A stretch of DNA of 64,000 bases from Balanoglossus misakiensis (lineage: Eukaryota; Animalia; Hemichordata): contig CM082594.2 of the NCBI GenBank assembly GCA_040954595.2, forward strand, positions 6,023,962 through 6,087,961, read 5' to 3'. Positions within the stretch are counted from its first letter, which is position 1. The number at the start of each line of letters is the position of its first letter. This document shows positions 12,201-24,200 of this stretch, in pieces. Made by a program: the position numbers and the translations under genes. The notes beneath the pieces are model-generated. The model did no database searches, was not told where the DNA came from, and saw only the letters and a list, made by a program, of their open reading frames with translations.

Positions 12201-15200
12201 TGTTTGCAGTTTTCTTTCGCACACGTGTTTGGATCGAGAAAAAACAACAACGTCCCAAATACCATGCCTGAATCTGGCGAATATCTGAGAGGATTCTGGT
12301 GTCATATTGGAGCAAGCCTACATATGCAAAACCTCAATCATATCAACCACAGCTTGCGAGGTGGTGAAGAGGAAAGAATATATTGGTAATAGATGTGGTA
12401 CGGACACGTCAACAACGCGCCGAAACCTTTGCCACAGATCACTGGCGGGGGAAAACAGAACGCGTAGAAGGCTAACTGCTTCGGGATATACCCGAAGATT
12501 GACAGCTCATATTGACACGTGTGATAGCCTCGAATAAAACGCAATCAAAAATGAAATAACGCCATAAAACGTGGTGTCCTGATAGATTGCCATGGTGAAA
12601 CGCCGGTATACTCCGGGATTAACACTCCGCCGAGCGAACTGAATAGGCGGCCGGTGTTTGCGCATTGGAGTGTGTCCTTTGATCTCGCGAATGAAAATCG
12701 TATAAAGGCCTCCTTAAAGACATGTGGTTTGTATCAAGTAATATTCCACGCAGTATAAAAGTAAATTATTTTGGTCGAAACGTGCGATGTATCGATTTTA
12801 TTTCAGATACACTGAATTCGGAGACGGCAGTTCAGTGGCGATGGAAAGCTTTCACCATCTGCAAGCCACATTTACCCTTTTGTGGAACTTTTTCCTCCCC
12901 TTCTTTGCAATAGATGGGGTAAGCAGTGCGATGCATACGTGCATGAAGCGAACTTTGTATACCTGGTTGACCTCCTGCACACGCAAAATGCCATGTCCTG
13001 CGCGAATTTCTAAAGTTGACGGACAAAGATTGGCACCAGGCAGCCTTGCTTCAAAGGAATCCTTCCTTTTCTGTTGGTGTGTCTTATTCGTTGCAATTTT
13101 TTCACTAGCCAACAGCACTAATGTGATGTCGAGCGTGTCAGCATCGTGCTCGGAATAAGATTCTTTGTTACCTGCTATATCAAGGCATGGCCGGTGAAAA
13201 AACTCGAATGTATACCCTAAGTGCGAAACTGCAGCTACATTTCCTAGAAGCGCGGTTCATTCAATAGTTTAATGAATAGTCAGAATGCGTTACCACTGGT
13301 TATTCAACCACTCTCTGCTTTTTTTTCTGAAGTAATGATTGACGCTTTCAAACGTCGACAGTTTGTCAAAGTCTCCATCCGTTAATTTTAAAGTGTCTGA
13401 TTTACGAATCACAGGATACGGTGAACACACATGGGAAGGTACATAAATCGATTGATGGGTGGCGTGGGTTAAAATGTGGAAGGCTGGCGGGGTTTGGATG
13501 GCAAATTTAAAACAAAGAGTTCGAAAATAATATAGACGACGGCTGACAAGCCTCGGTTTCTCGGTTTTGGCTTGAATTTTCCATATGCGGCTCTGATTAC
13601 ATAATAATCCCAAGGAATATCTCCTCTGTACACGCTGATAATGAATGTCAACATACCATAATGTACATGTACATGTGTATAACTTTATAACGATGACATA
13701 CAATATGTTAGTAGTAATTTAAAAACATTTTCTGTTACTAAACTGGGCAAAAGATAGGCGAACTGTTCTTCGCAGAAATAGAATTTTATGCTATAAACTT
13801 ACGTTTACAATTACTATAACAACTGACGTCATGGACGGCTTTCAGTGTTGATGAGCTTTTCATAAGTGATGAAGGGTATTACTCAACGTTTTTATTAATT
13901 CTAAGTTTGACTGACAGATCACCCATCACGGAAATTTGATGCTAAATCTACAACGTTAATGTTTACATTGCTAATATTATTAATAGGACATGGAACATTT
14001 AATATCAATTAATTCTTATTCTGGCAATATTGACCCTTTTCGGGAGCAAATGGTAGCTTGTTCAAAGACAGCAGTGTGTACTACAATTGACAAGATTGCG
14101 AGAATTTGCACAGTGCTGCGGATGTTATAATTTGTAAGTTGTTATATCGTCCCCAACCTGCACAAACTGGTACTGAGATTGAGGTGGTAACATTTTCATC
14201 AAACCCATCTACGCGCGCGTACGGATTTACATACAAGTGCGCCTCCTATGCGCGTAATACAGGGGCGCCAACCTCGACGATCTTATTCGATTAAAGGGGG
14301 TTCTCACTTTAAGAACGTTTTGTATGAGGTTATTGACCGGCGTGAAAGATATTCCACTCCCTTTGACTGCGTATTACTATCCAAGTCAAGTTGTGTCCAC
14401 AGGGAGACGGGGGTAAAATTGATTTCGAGGTTTAAAGACCGACACGGTGAGATTGATAAGGTTTGGCTTGACCTATTGGCCTTTCAATACACCATGTTAA
14501 GTCAAAAGAGGAAAAATAGCCTTGCTAAAGATGGAAAATGTACCTCTACGATAAATATTTTATTAACTGAAATTTGGGACGACTTTCGTGGATTCTGCTG
14601 CAAATTTGACATTTTAAGGACGTTGCACGATCGTAATTTCATGGTACCACAAGAAATTTTGCGCTCTTTTGAAACATAGGCAGTCAGTGTTTACACATCC
14701 ATCATAATAAGGTTTCTTATCTGTGCCTTTTAGTGATCTTTATCGGAAACTGTAAAGAAACGTTAAATTAAACCAGTGGATGCTAACAATCTATGTCTAT
14801 GGAATACGCTTACATGTTAGACTCCCTTAATGACCCTGAAATGCCCTAGTGTCGTTTGTGAAATGGACAAAATGCCTTGCTATAGAGGTGAACCATGTAG
14901 GGATTTTAACTACACGTGCGTTACATATGACACGTGGGAATAATTGAAGTAGAGTTACTATTGCCATCAGACCTCTGTCGTGAATGCGTCATAATCCTGA
15001 CCTGTAGCCGAACACGAGAACAGTCTAGCGATATTGCTTTTCGTTTTCTTAATCAAAACATGGCGGTTGTGCCGGAAAGACATGATTATATATAGCGTGT
15101 TAGAAAATACGACTTGTTTAACGAATTTCATGCTGTGCGATGCCAGGTTTTTATTTTAAATTCGCGTCATACACGTTTTCACGTTGTTCTGTAATGCTTG

Positions 15201-18200
15201 GACCGTGACAGCGGTGGCACGCACTGCGTTCTTTATCGATAGGGGTGGCGACGGCGGGGTTTTTACAGAAGAGAAAAAAATCACCTGGTACGATCGCAAA
15301 ACTCAGCACGTGATTAATCTAGTCACACCACTTGGAAATGATTATTCAGCTGAAGCGCTCCCGAGGCAGAAGGATGCGGTGTATGCGTCTCCTATTTCCA
15401 TCAAAGATATTCAGATTTTGAAACGACCTTGGCCGCTGTACTGACATGTCCCTGATGGGAAAACATTCGCTTCTCAGTGTTGCTCACATTCCCGTCCCTG
15501 CAATAGACTATCACTTTACTCTGAACAACCTCTCCCAAGGGACATGAAGTCGCACCTTGTCACACTCTTGTTTTCAAGTCTGAGCATGTTCTGGTTCACC
15601 AAGTCGACTTCTGGGGCCTAAACCTAACTGAATAACCAATGCCACATCTACTACCTGATCCCAACTACATGTATCTTGTCATGCGCCATTTTGCTGAACT
15701 CTCTCGATACCTCCTGCCGTTGCAATTCGCCCTGGGGATCCGGGAACGCGACACCAGCTAAGTCATTTGGTTACAATGTCAAAGTTTTAGTCAGCGTATG
15801 TGTGTATCAAATTTATCTGGGGTGCTTTATCTGCCATGACATTCCTTCTATGGCTTTCTGCAATCTCCCTATCACGTCAACGGTATGAAGTTGGAAACTG
15901 ACACGTGAACTACTGTTGTCATGGTGACCACCACCACCACCGCAGCCATCTCTACTCTACCGCCGACATCATCATCATCATCGTCATCATCATCATCACC
16001 ACCACCACCACCATCATCATCATGTACTCAATCCCGTCACTGCCTCTCTCCGCCATTCTAGTTTGTCGCATGGCACACCCTCGTTATAACTAGCGACACC
16101 TCTACATTGAACATTTTGGATTCATGCATGTACTTTCTAATTCGACACAGTACCTTTGAAGATGGCTTATCGTAATGAACGGGGTTAACAGCCGAAGCTG
16201 AAAGGGCGATAAGGGGCCAACACACTGACGTAATTGGGGGCAGAATGTATCATTCAGGAGAAAGGGGAGAATCGTCTATACCAGGAGATTAATTCAGGCA
16301 ATTATCCAAATTGAAAATAAGAAGTTCACCGGCCAAGACTGATGATGAAATACAACACCAAGGTGAATCATCCAAGTTGAAAATCGAGTTCGCCAAGTGC
16401 AAAGGAGAAGAAGTATTGAGGTTGTGCTTGTTCAGGTAAACCGAACTGCTTTGGGCCATTTTATCACGCATGAACGACAGCGCAGCCATATCCGAATGCA
16501 GACCTTGGCGGAGTTTTTGGCTTTCCGGACATTTCTAAAGGGAATCCTTTGTCGACAAATTAGTTCCGGGATTCGTTTCCACCGCTGATTTACATTATCA
16601 CCCGCTGATCAAAAAACATTGATTAAATTTCCGTTATTTAAGTCTGGTTGATGCGAGGATACTGCCAACGAATATTCACGCCGGCTATTTGATATTTTGC
16701 ATTTCTGGACACGAGCTGGGGAGCTGGTCGATTAGGCAATGGCAGAAAAAAAATGCGCGCGCGCATCTTTAGAATTCTCGCTAAGGCGATCTTAGAGTAT
16801 ATTACGTAAACTACCACTGCGTTGTCCTAAATAGGGGACATCAAGACTCGATGGTTTAGATGTCGGCATGATTCTGTTGCGATTATAGAATTATAAGTCG
16901 GTTTTTGTGGTGGGAGTGTCTTGAAGTCATTTTGTAATTCTCAATCCGAGACATCCCACTCAGTCCCAGCAGGGTGCTCTGAGACTCCTAGTATCGCAGT
17001 AACTAAGTAGCAACATCATATTTTCATATGTTTTCATTCTCTGCCCGCAGAAATGTGATGACAGTCAGTCGTCTGCTAACTAAAACCAAACGTAACACAA
17101 GAGTATTATGACGAGGTTTCTCATAACAGGCGCAGTGCGTCATCCGAATCTCAAATGTCATGCCTACCCGCTAATAAACGCACGATGATATCTGCGCGTC
17201 GTCAACTAATGTTTCAGCTTGCCGTCTGATATCTTGTTCTCACTCAGACTGTACTAGTATACTGGCGATTCTAAGCTAACAAAAAATACCTGGACTTACA
17301 AAAGATTAGATCGTGGAATGAGTTTAACCAAAAATACGGGCTTCTACATTTTGTTCAAGAAATTAACTGAGTCTCTCCAACAGTGCATATACATTTGCGC
17401 CTGCGCAGTTTCATCAGACTCGTCTACGGGGAAAGCGTAGAGCCCAAGAAACGACAAATCTGTGATATTGCAAAAAGAGAATGCGTGTTGCACTGTTTGG
17501 GGCGATTGGCATAGATGACGTATCTCCTTCACATTGACACCGTACTAACCGAGGGAAGAATTTCATTCGATATCGGTGTGCATTCTAATACGTGCTAATC
17601 ACTGACGAGAGATATGACATATATTGAAATAGATAAAAGGTTTTTACCGCAAACTGTATCTAAAATTCTTCGCACAGCTGTCTTATCGATTTCCAGTGTT
17701 ATGCAAAATCCTATCTCCACTTAGGTGGTGACACACAAACGCATTATTTATGTCTAATCACGTTGTCAGACGCATTCCAAGCTTTGTTGGATTGAAATTC
17801 AATAATATCTCAATAAACACGCTTTTCAAACGCTTCTAAACTAGTGTGCATCATGTACTTGTAACCTTTTTGGGGCGAAAACATTTGTTAGGCGCCAGAG
17901 TGGTGAGATGGTTTATTACTATAGCTGATCCGAAAGATACGCTTTTGTGGCTAATTTATCTTGTTTTTGAGATTATTTTCCAATACCCGGGCTGTCTTTT
18001 ATTGTTTTCATGTTTTGATAAATTCCATCCTCATAATGACAACTATATAGTCTCGACTGGAGAACATTGATGTGCGAGTGAGAGCATTACTTGTCCGTTC
18101 TCTGACCGAATTAAATACACGCCTGGTATAAATTTCAGGTTTTTCAATCATATTATAACACCCAATGCCTTTCCCATGTAAGCAACGACATCCATTATAA

Positions 18201-21200
18201 AGTACAGTTCCCAATGACAGGTAGACTTGTGAGCTACTTAAAAGTGACGACCAGATGGCCAGTTGAGGACGCTTGAGGAATTGACAACCGATGACAGCTT
18301 TAAAATGGCTGAGTAACGGTATTAGTCACCCCATTCCCTTGGCTGAGTAACGGTATTAGTCACCCCATTCTCTTCGTTGAGTAAGGGAATGGGGTGATTT
18401 ATACTGTTACTCAGCTAAGGGAATATACATATATGAAAATGGCGTTATGGCGAGTAAGAGCCTGAATATGATAACTGTCAAAGTACTCACAGTGAAAGTC
18501 CCATTCTCGATGTCTGTCATCTCAAGCAACGAGTAGTCGGCGTCTCGGTCTCCATTAGCGTCGATACTAACAAGTCCACTAATCCCTACAGGTAAAAAAG
18601 AAAAAAAACGCAAATGATACACCAACTATTAAAAGGACTGCTCTCACACGCCTCTCTCACAGACAAACGTTGCTCGGGGACGTAACACAACAGACAGCCG
18701 TCCCCGAACGTCATTAGCGGTTGCTTTCTCTTAAGATGGTTGCCAGACAATTCCAGGTCCCCTGGTTAATTATGTTTTTCACTGGCTCCCACCGCGTGTG
18801 TGTATCCATAATACATGAACCCGTTGGCCGCCATGTTGTTCGACGTCGTTCAGAACGATGCAGAGAATGAAATAATTGGCGTGCACAGGAATCAACAAGT
18901 CCTGTACATCTATCAATTCGAGTGAATAATTAAATAATAACACATGTTAGCGAGGGCAATATAATGAATTTTAGCCTGCTCGAGGGATGGTGAGAGATCA
19001 CCAGCCCGAGGGCAGGCTCATGATATTGTCCGAGCACCATGTGTTATTAATTTTATTACACAGAACATTGGACCATACATACAGCATAGAGGGTTGCGTC
19101 CATGTCGTACGCGTACGTTGCAGTGAACTAAAATATCTCGCTGTACCTACTTCGAACTCAGATAATCTTGAAGAAACCGCGCTGTTGGTTGCGATTTTGG
19201 TGTTTTTACTGTCCGTTTGCAGTAAAATGTCGTCCAGTTGAACAGGTGTTCAGCCTATGTGTCGCTTTGAAGCCATATATGCGGGAGTTGACTGATTGTG
19301 AAGGAAGCCATTGAACGACATTTTGTTATGCGCAGAAAAGATGCGCAGAACTTAAAACCTGTTCTCGGCGTGCATATCCTCTCGACGCGTACGCGCGCGC
19401 GCGTATCCCCGGCCCGTAGCCCCTACCTACGGGACATACTAGTAGTCAACCATGTAATATCTAAGTCACGTGGTAAGGTCTCAGTCAATCAAGAGTACGG
19501 AATACAACGTGAGGTGTATTATTTTTGGCTACGGGTCATGGATGCAGATAAATATTAAACGTCAAAGGACCCGATTCGTTATCTATAGACCAAGATAGAC
19601 GGGACCTGGTTTAGGTGAAGTTACAAACCGAGTTTTCTCACATAAAATCTAATGTCAGTGTTTGAATTTTAGGCAGTCTTGCACTTGGCGCCCAAATGTA
19701 GTACTATCCAGTCGGGTCGAACATACACGTACACGTCCCAGACACAAAGGCAGGAATTACATAGAAAACCCATTCCGTAATTTAAGATGCAGCTAGGAAT
19801 CATTTAAGGTAAAGAGCCCCCTTAGGGAGGGATTTTTTGCAAAAGCCGATGTTCTTTTAATCTTTCATTTTTTTTCTCTCTATAGAAAGAAATAGGTCAA
19901 CATCTTGTTTACAACGAAGAGTTCGCCTTTCTCCATGAAATGCATAGTTCGGTGGCCATTTTGTTTTCAAATTTAAGTAAATTCGGTCGTCTCTCACTCG
20001 TAAACGGAAAAATGAAACATGAAGATGACAGGTCTTTCTTTCTAAAAAGGTTGCAAATGACTACGAAGAGTTGGTCTCGCGGAAATACGTGGTGTTCAAC
20101 GTGTATGGACGTGTCATGTCTGTGTATTGATTTGCCCATCGCTACCACGATAAAAAATAACTGCATTTTTATTTTGCTATACAGTATTTATAAATGGTGA
20201 ACAAAATGGATCAGTGCGTGAATGTTTTGAATCACCACTGTCGTACACTGTTGCTCCCTGGTGGCAAGGGGTTCCAAACTTGAACGACGAACAGACGACG
20301 TTCTATCATGCTAATCATCGAAGAAATGGGGTTTAATTCGGCATTTTTTGGTAAACAAGTACAATGGAACAGCTCAGCTGTGGTTGACAAGGGGGAACCC
20401 TGTAATTCTCCATTCTTTAGGTGCCCCTCTGTCGGCCGAGGCTTGGAAACACAATACGCTGGAGTATGTGCCTTGCAAAAGCTTATTAAGAACTGCCTCC
20501 ATATACTATAAACCTGTCTTGCAGCGCTGTAATAGGGCCTTTCTTACCTTCGAATGTTCTGTTCCACATCCGATGGGTGATGGTCGCCCCGTCTCGTGGA
20601 CTGCCGCCGGCTGCTAGGGTCTCATTTAACGCCAGGGCGTACAACAAGACCGCGTCGTGGAACGCACCAACAAAACTGTTGACCTGAGTGGAGAAAAAAA
20701 CCAAGGTCATTTCATTGGAGATCATGTTCATCTTATGCTTTGTTATAGATTTTTAAATGCTGCTGTACTGTGGGTATATACATTTCTCGAATATCTATGC
20801 TGTGGGTTAGAACTCGAAACCTCTTCTGCGAATTGCTGTTGGTGCGCGGGGCCAAAAGTGCTGCCATGGAAACAACTCAAAACGGCTTGCCACCGTGACA
20901 TAAACAATGGACTCATCTGCGGGATCATGCAGAGTCTCGTCCCGGTCTAAACATGCTCAAAAAATGACCAAAGGCGCACACTCCGAAGTTGTACTCATAT
21001 TTTCACGGCGTTCTCACACGCTACATTCAATGCATAGTTTTCAAAGCAACGATCGTGAGCTGATCGGCATGCACGTTATGCCTCTCTTGGATTCTTGCGA
21101 GAATTGATTATTTTTCGACCCGGCGTGTAGCTATTGCCCTCCCGACATTTAAACTCGGCATGGCCCCAGACACAAGAATTCTACAAAACCGAACAAGAAC

Positions 21201-24200
21201 CGACAATCGATGGGGAATAGTGTAACGGTATGAGTCTCGGCACGGCAGAATTTCCAGTAATTTCACCTCATTACCAGTGTCGCCTTTACGGTATCACATA
21301 CACGCGGCGCGCGAGTAGACTTAGCAAACCGCGCGACCTCTCCTAAACGAGAGACAATTATACGCATAGTGGAATCAGTAGCTGTAATCACATTCTCGCA
21401 AATTAATCTTTCGGTCAAATTATTTATTTACTCCAGGTAATTTAAGAGGTGCCGCAAGCCATCATGAAAGGTCACATTAATGATCGGGCGCCACGTTAAC
21501 GATTACAGTCACATCGTGTTTCACACCTATCGCCCTTCGTTCATTAACACACACGCTGTATACTAGTATACACAGCTGAATCTGCGGATGTTTTGCATAA
21601 CGGGGTGAAAATTCTCCACCGGTGCCGGAGCTTTGCAGTGTATGTTTGGGTATCTCTTAGAGCGACCTACACTTTCATTGCCTGACGAAAGTTTCAGACG
21701 ACACCCTAAAGAATTATTAACTTGATGAGTTCGTCCCCTAGTATGAATAGGATGAATAATGGCTTGCGTTTGGAGCAGGTACTCGGACCGTAAAACTCTC
21801 CCGAATCAACATCTGGACCAATTCCGACGGAAGGGGCAATATTTCTCTACAATTTACTGGATAATTCAATTAAACGTCGAAGAAACTGCACGTAGATCAA
21901 ACGCGAACATGACACACAGAGGCGTAATTACATACAGTGTACATGTACATGTATACGCTTATAAGTATTGGTCTTCAAGAGAGAAGCCCTTCCAAACTAA
22001 CCTCGTCCTATTTACCTATTCACTATCTGTCATTAGGTGTGGGTAACGCGGATGGAACGATGGAGGCGAGCCCCCTGTTCGAAAATGCAAAGACTGCGAG
22101 ACTGTCATTGCTGCATGCTGGCGAGGTGTATGAAAACGATCGGTGACCGCATTGTTTCAACTGAGCGAAGTTTTTTTTTTGCAAATCAGTAGAGGGGAAA
22201 GGAATGCAAAAGTTGCGGGAAATGGAAGGCATCTTTGACCTACAATCATGAATTTTCTACGACATGAGTGTGCCTACTCGACCGAAGAATTTCGACATTG
22301 ATTTCGCTGCTTGCAGTGAAACCCTGACAGTGAGGGTCAACGAAGCATTTCAACATCCGGGACCATATATCGTTTTCCACTCACTGCGAGATCTCGCGAG
22401 ATTTGATTCATTACCGTAGCAACGGGCTGCTGGCCAAGTATACTACAAGTCGAGCTTTGTATGAAACTAGAATAGGTGCAGAGCTTGACGAAAAGGGTAA
22501 CTTTTAAGCCATTTAACACGATGGGGGATGTGTTGTTCAATTTTGTCATGTGTCATTAGAATGTCCGTAAATATAAACTGTCTGGACAATATAAACTGTC
22601 TAGTCACGCGAGCGATCCCCGCGCAGGACGAACTTAACCACCTGGCGTATTTTTAAACAAAACAGCAAAATACTTCAATGTTACCATGGTAACTGTGGAT
22701 TTTAATAGGGCGATTATTCATTTGATTACGCCGTTTCTCACCCGACCGAAATCCCCGGGCAATTCTACTTTTAACCGAACGCCTGTCCAAGTCTCTCGCT
22801 AATTAGAACCAGCGCGAAAACATTTTAATTGAAATCAGCTGCAGATTAGCCATATTCTCAATCTCTTCCAAAGTGCTTGGGAACGGATCCCTTAACACGC
22901 ATGCTCGAAGCTCCGATTTTCTTGGCAGGAGGATGACACTTTTTAATGACCTTCTAAATGAAATAGAAATCGATAAATGTACCATGCATACAGCACAACG
23001 CACTGTTATAACCATTATAAGCATCTCCTAATACTGTGTAGAGATTTTCCAGACGCCTGTGGTTGCAAAGATTAAAAATTTCGAAACTATCCATTGCGGT
23101 GTACGTGTTCCACATTGTGCCCTTTCTTCTCGATTGCCAAAGGTAAAATTGACATTAAAATTTCAATGATATTCAAAGGAAAAGATCTCTTCTGATCAAA
23201 TGCCAAATTTGCATGGATTTCTTCTCTTGTCAATAATGCCGGGCCCTTTCAAAGATATTCGCGTCACAAAAATGCATGGCAACACTACACTGTGTTTTGA
23301 GTTACCGTGGCCCGTCTCATTTTATGTGATCTGTTTTCTACCACAGAACCATTATCATCATATATTCTGGCGACAAGGCATTTTCTCCGGCGAAGCTATG
23401 CCTGTTCTGTATAATATTCTCGACATCCGGCCTAGCTGTTGCGAGCAATCGTTGCTAGGTGACAGTCTCCTAATTAACTGTGCAAATAGCCCAGTTTCCC
23501 TTTTCGCGTGGCTAGCAAAAATGTTTTGTCAAAGTAACTTTCTTTTAATATCATTATGAGTACATTATTTTTTGGCTAACCTCGTTACTAATTTGCATAC
23601 GAACACGTTGACATGTTGCTTGTTAGTGGTGCACTTCCTGAAGACTGCATCATGACATGTTCAGCATCATTGACGTAATTTCCTGTACACCCCGGAAATT
23701 GCGTCATATGAGTATGCCGCGTCCACGTGTCACTCAGTCTGAACTGTAAAAACCGCTGATTTAGCTTTACAACACCAAAACTTGTCAAAAAAACCTGATA
23801 CGACCAAATGAATTCTTTAAAAGTTGGCGATTTTCTGTTGCTTTTGAAAGTCGACTACTCACGTGCTCTCCTTCTTTGTCGAAGTCGAATTGATAATCCT
23901 GCAGCGCGCGCCTCTTCACTTCTTTGGCGAACTCTTGGTATTCTGTCGTGTCTGGTTTCCGCAGGGCCAGCGTCATTAGAGCGCGGTAGGCCTGCTTGGC
24001 ATCTTCGTCACGGCCGTCGCCCTTCTTCCAGCCGACGCTGCCGAAGTAAGCGCTGTCGAAGAGTTGGAGGTTGAAGAAGACGTACTCGGCGTGGCCATCC
24101 TTGTTGGGCTTGGTCATTCCCAGGTCGTGCGCCGCCAACATTATCTCCCGAACCGCTTCCCCGGAGGCGCAGATGACCACAACTGAAAGAGACAAAGATG

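Noticed and set aside
14248-14830. 143-aa ORF and a possible TTAA-bounded MITE (TTAAAGGGGG...ACTCCCTTAA)
   Set aside because: No protein motif recognised, and the putative terminal inverted repeats are too short and mismatched to support.
18306-18417. 34-bp direct repeats as a CRISPR-like array
   Set aside because: Adjacent copies have no spacers, the context is a eukaryotic intron, and there are no cas genes.
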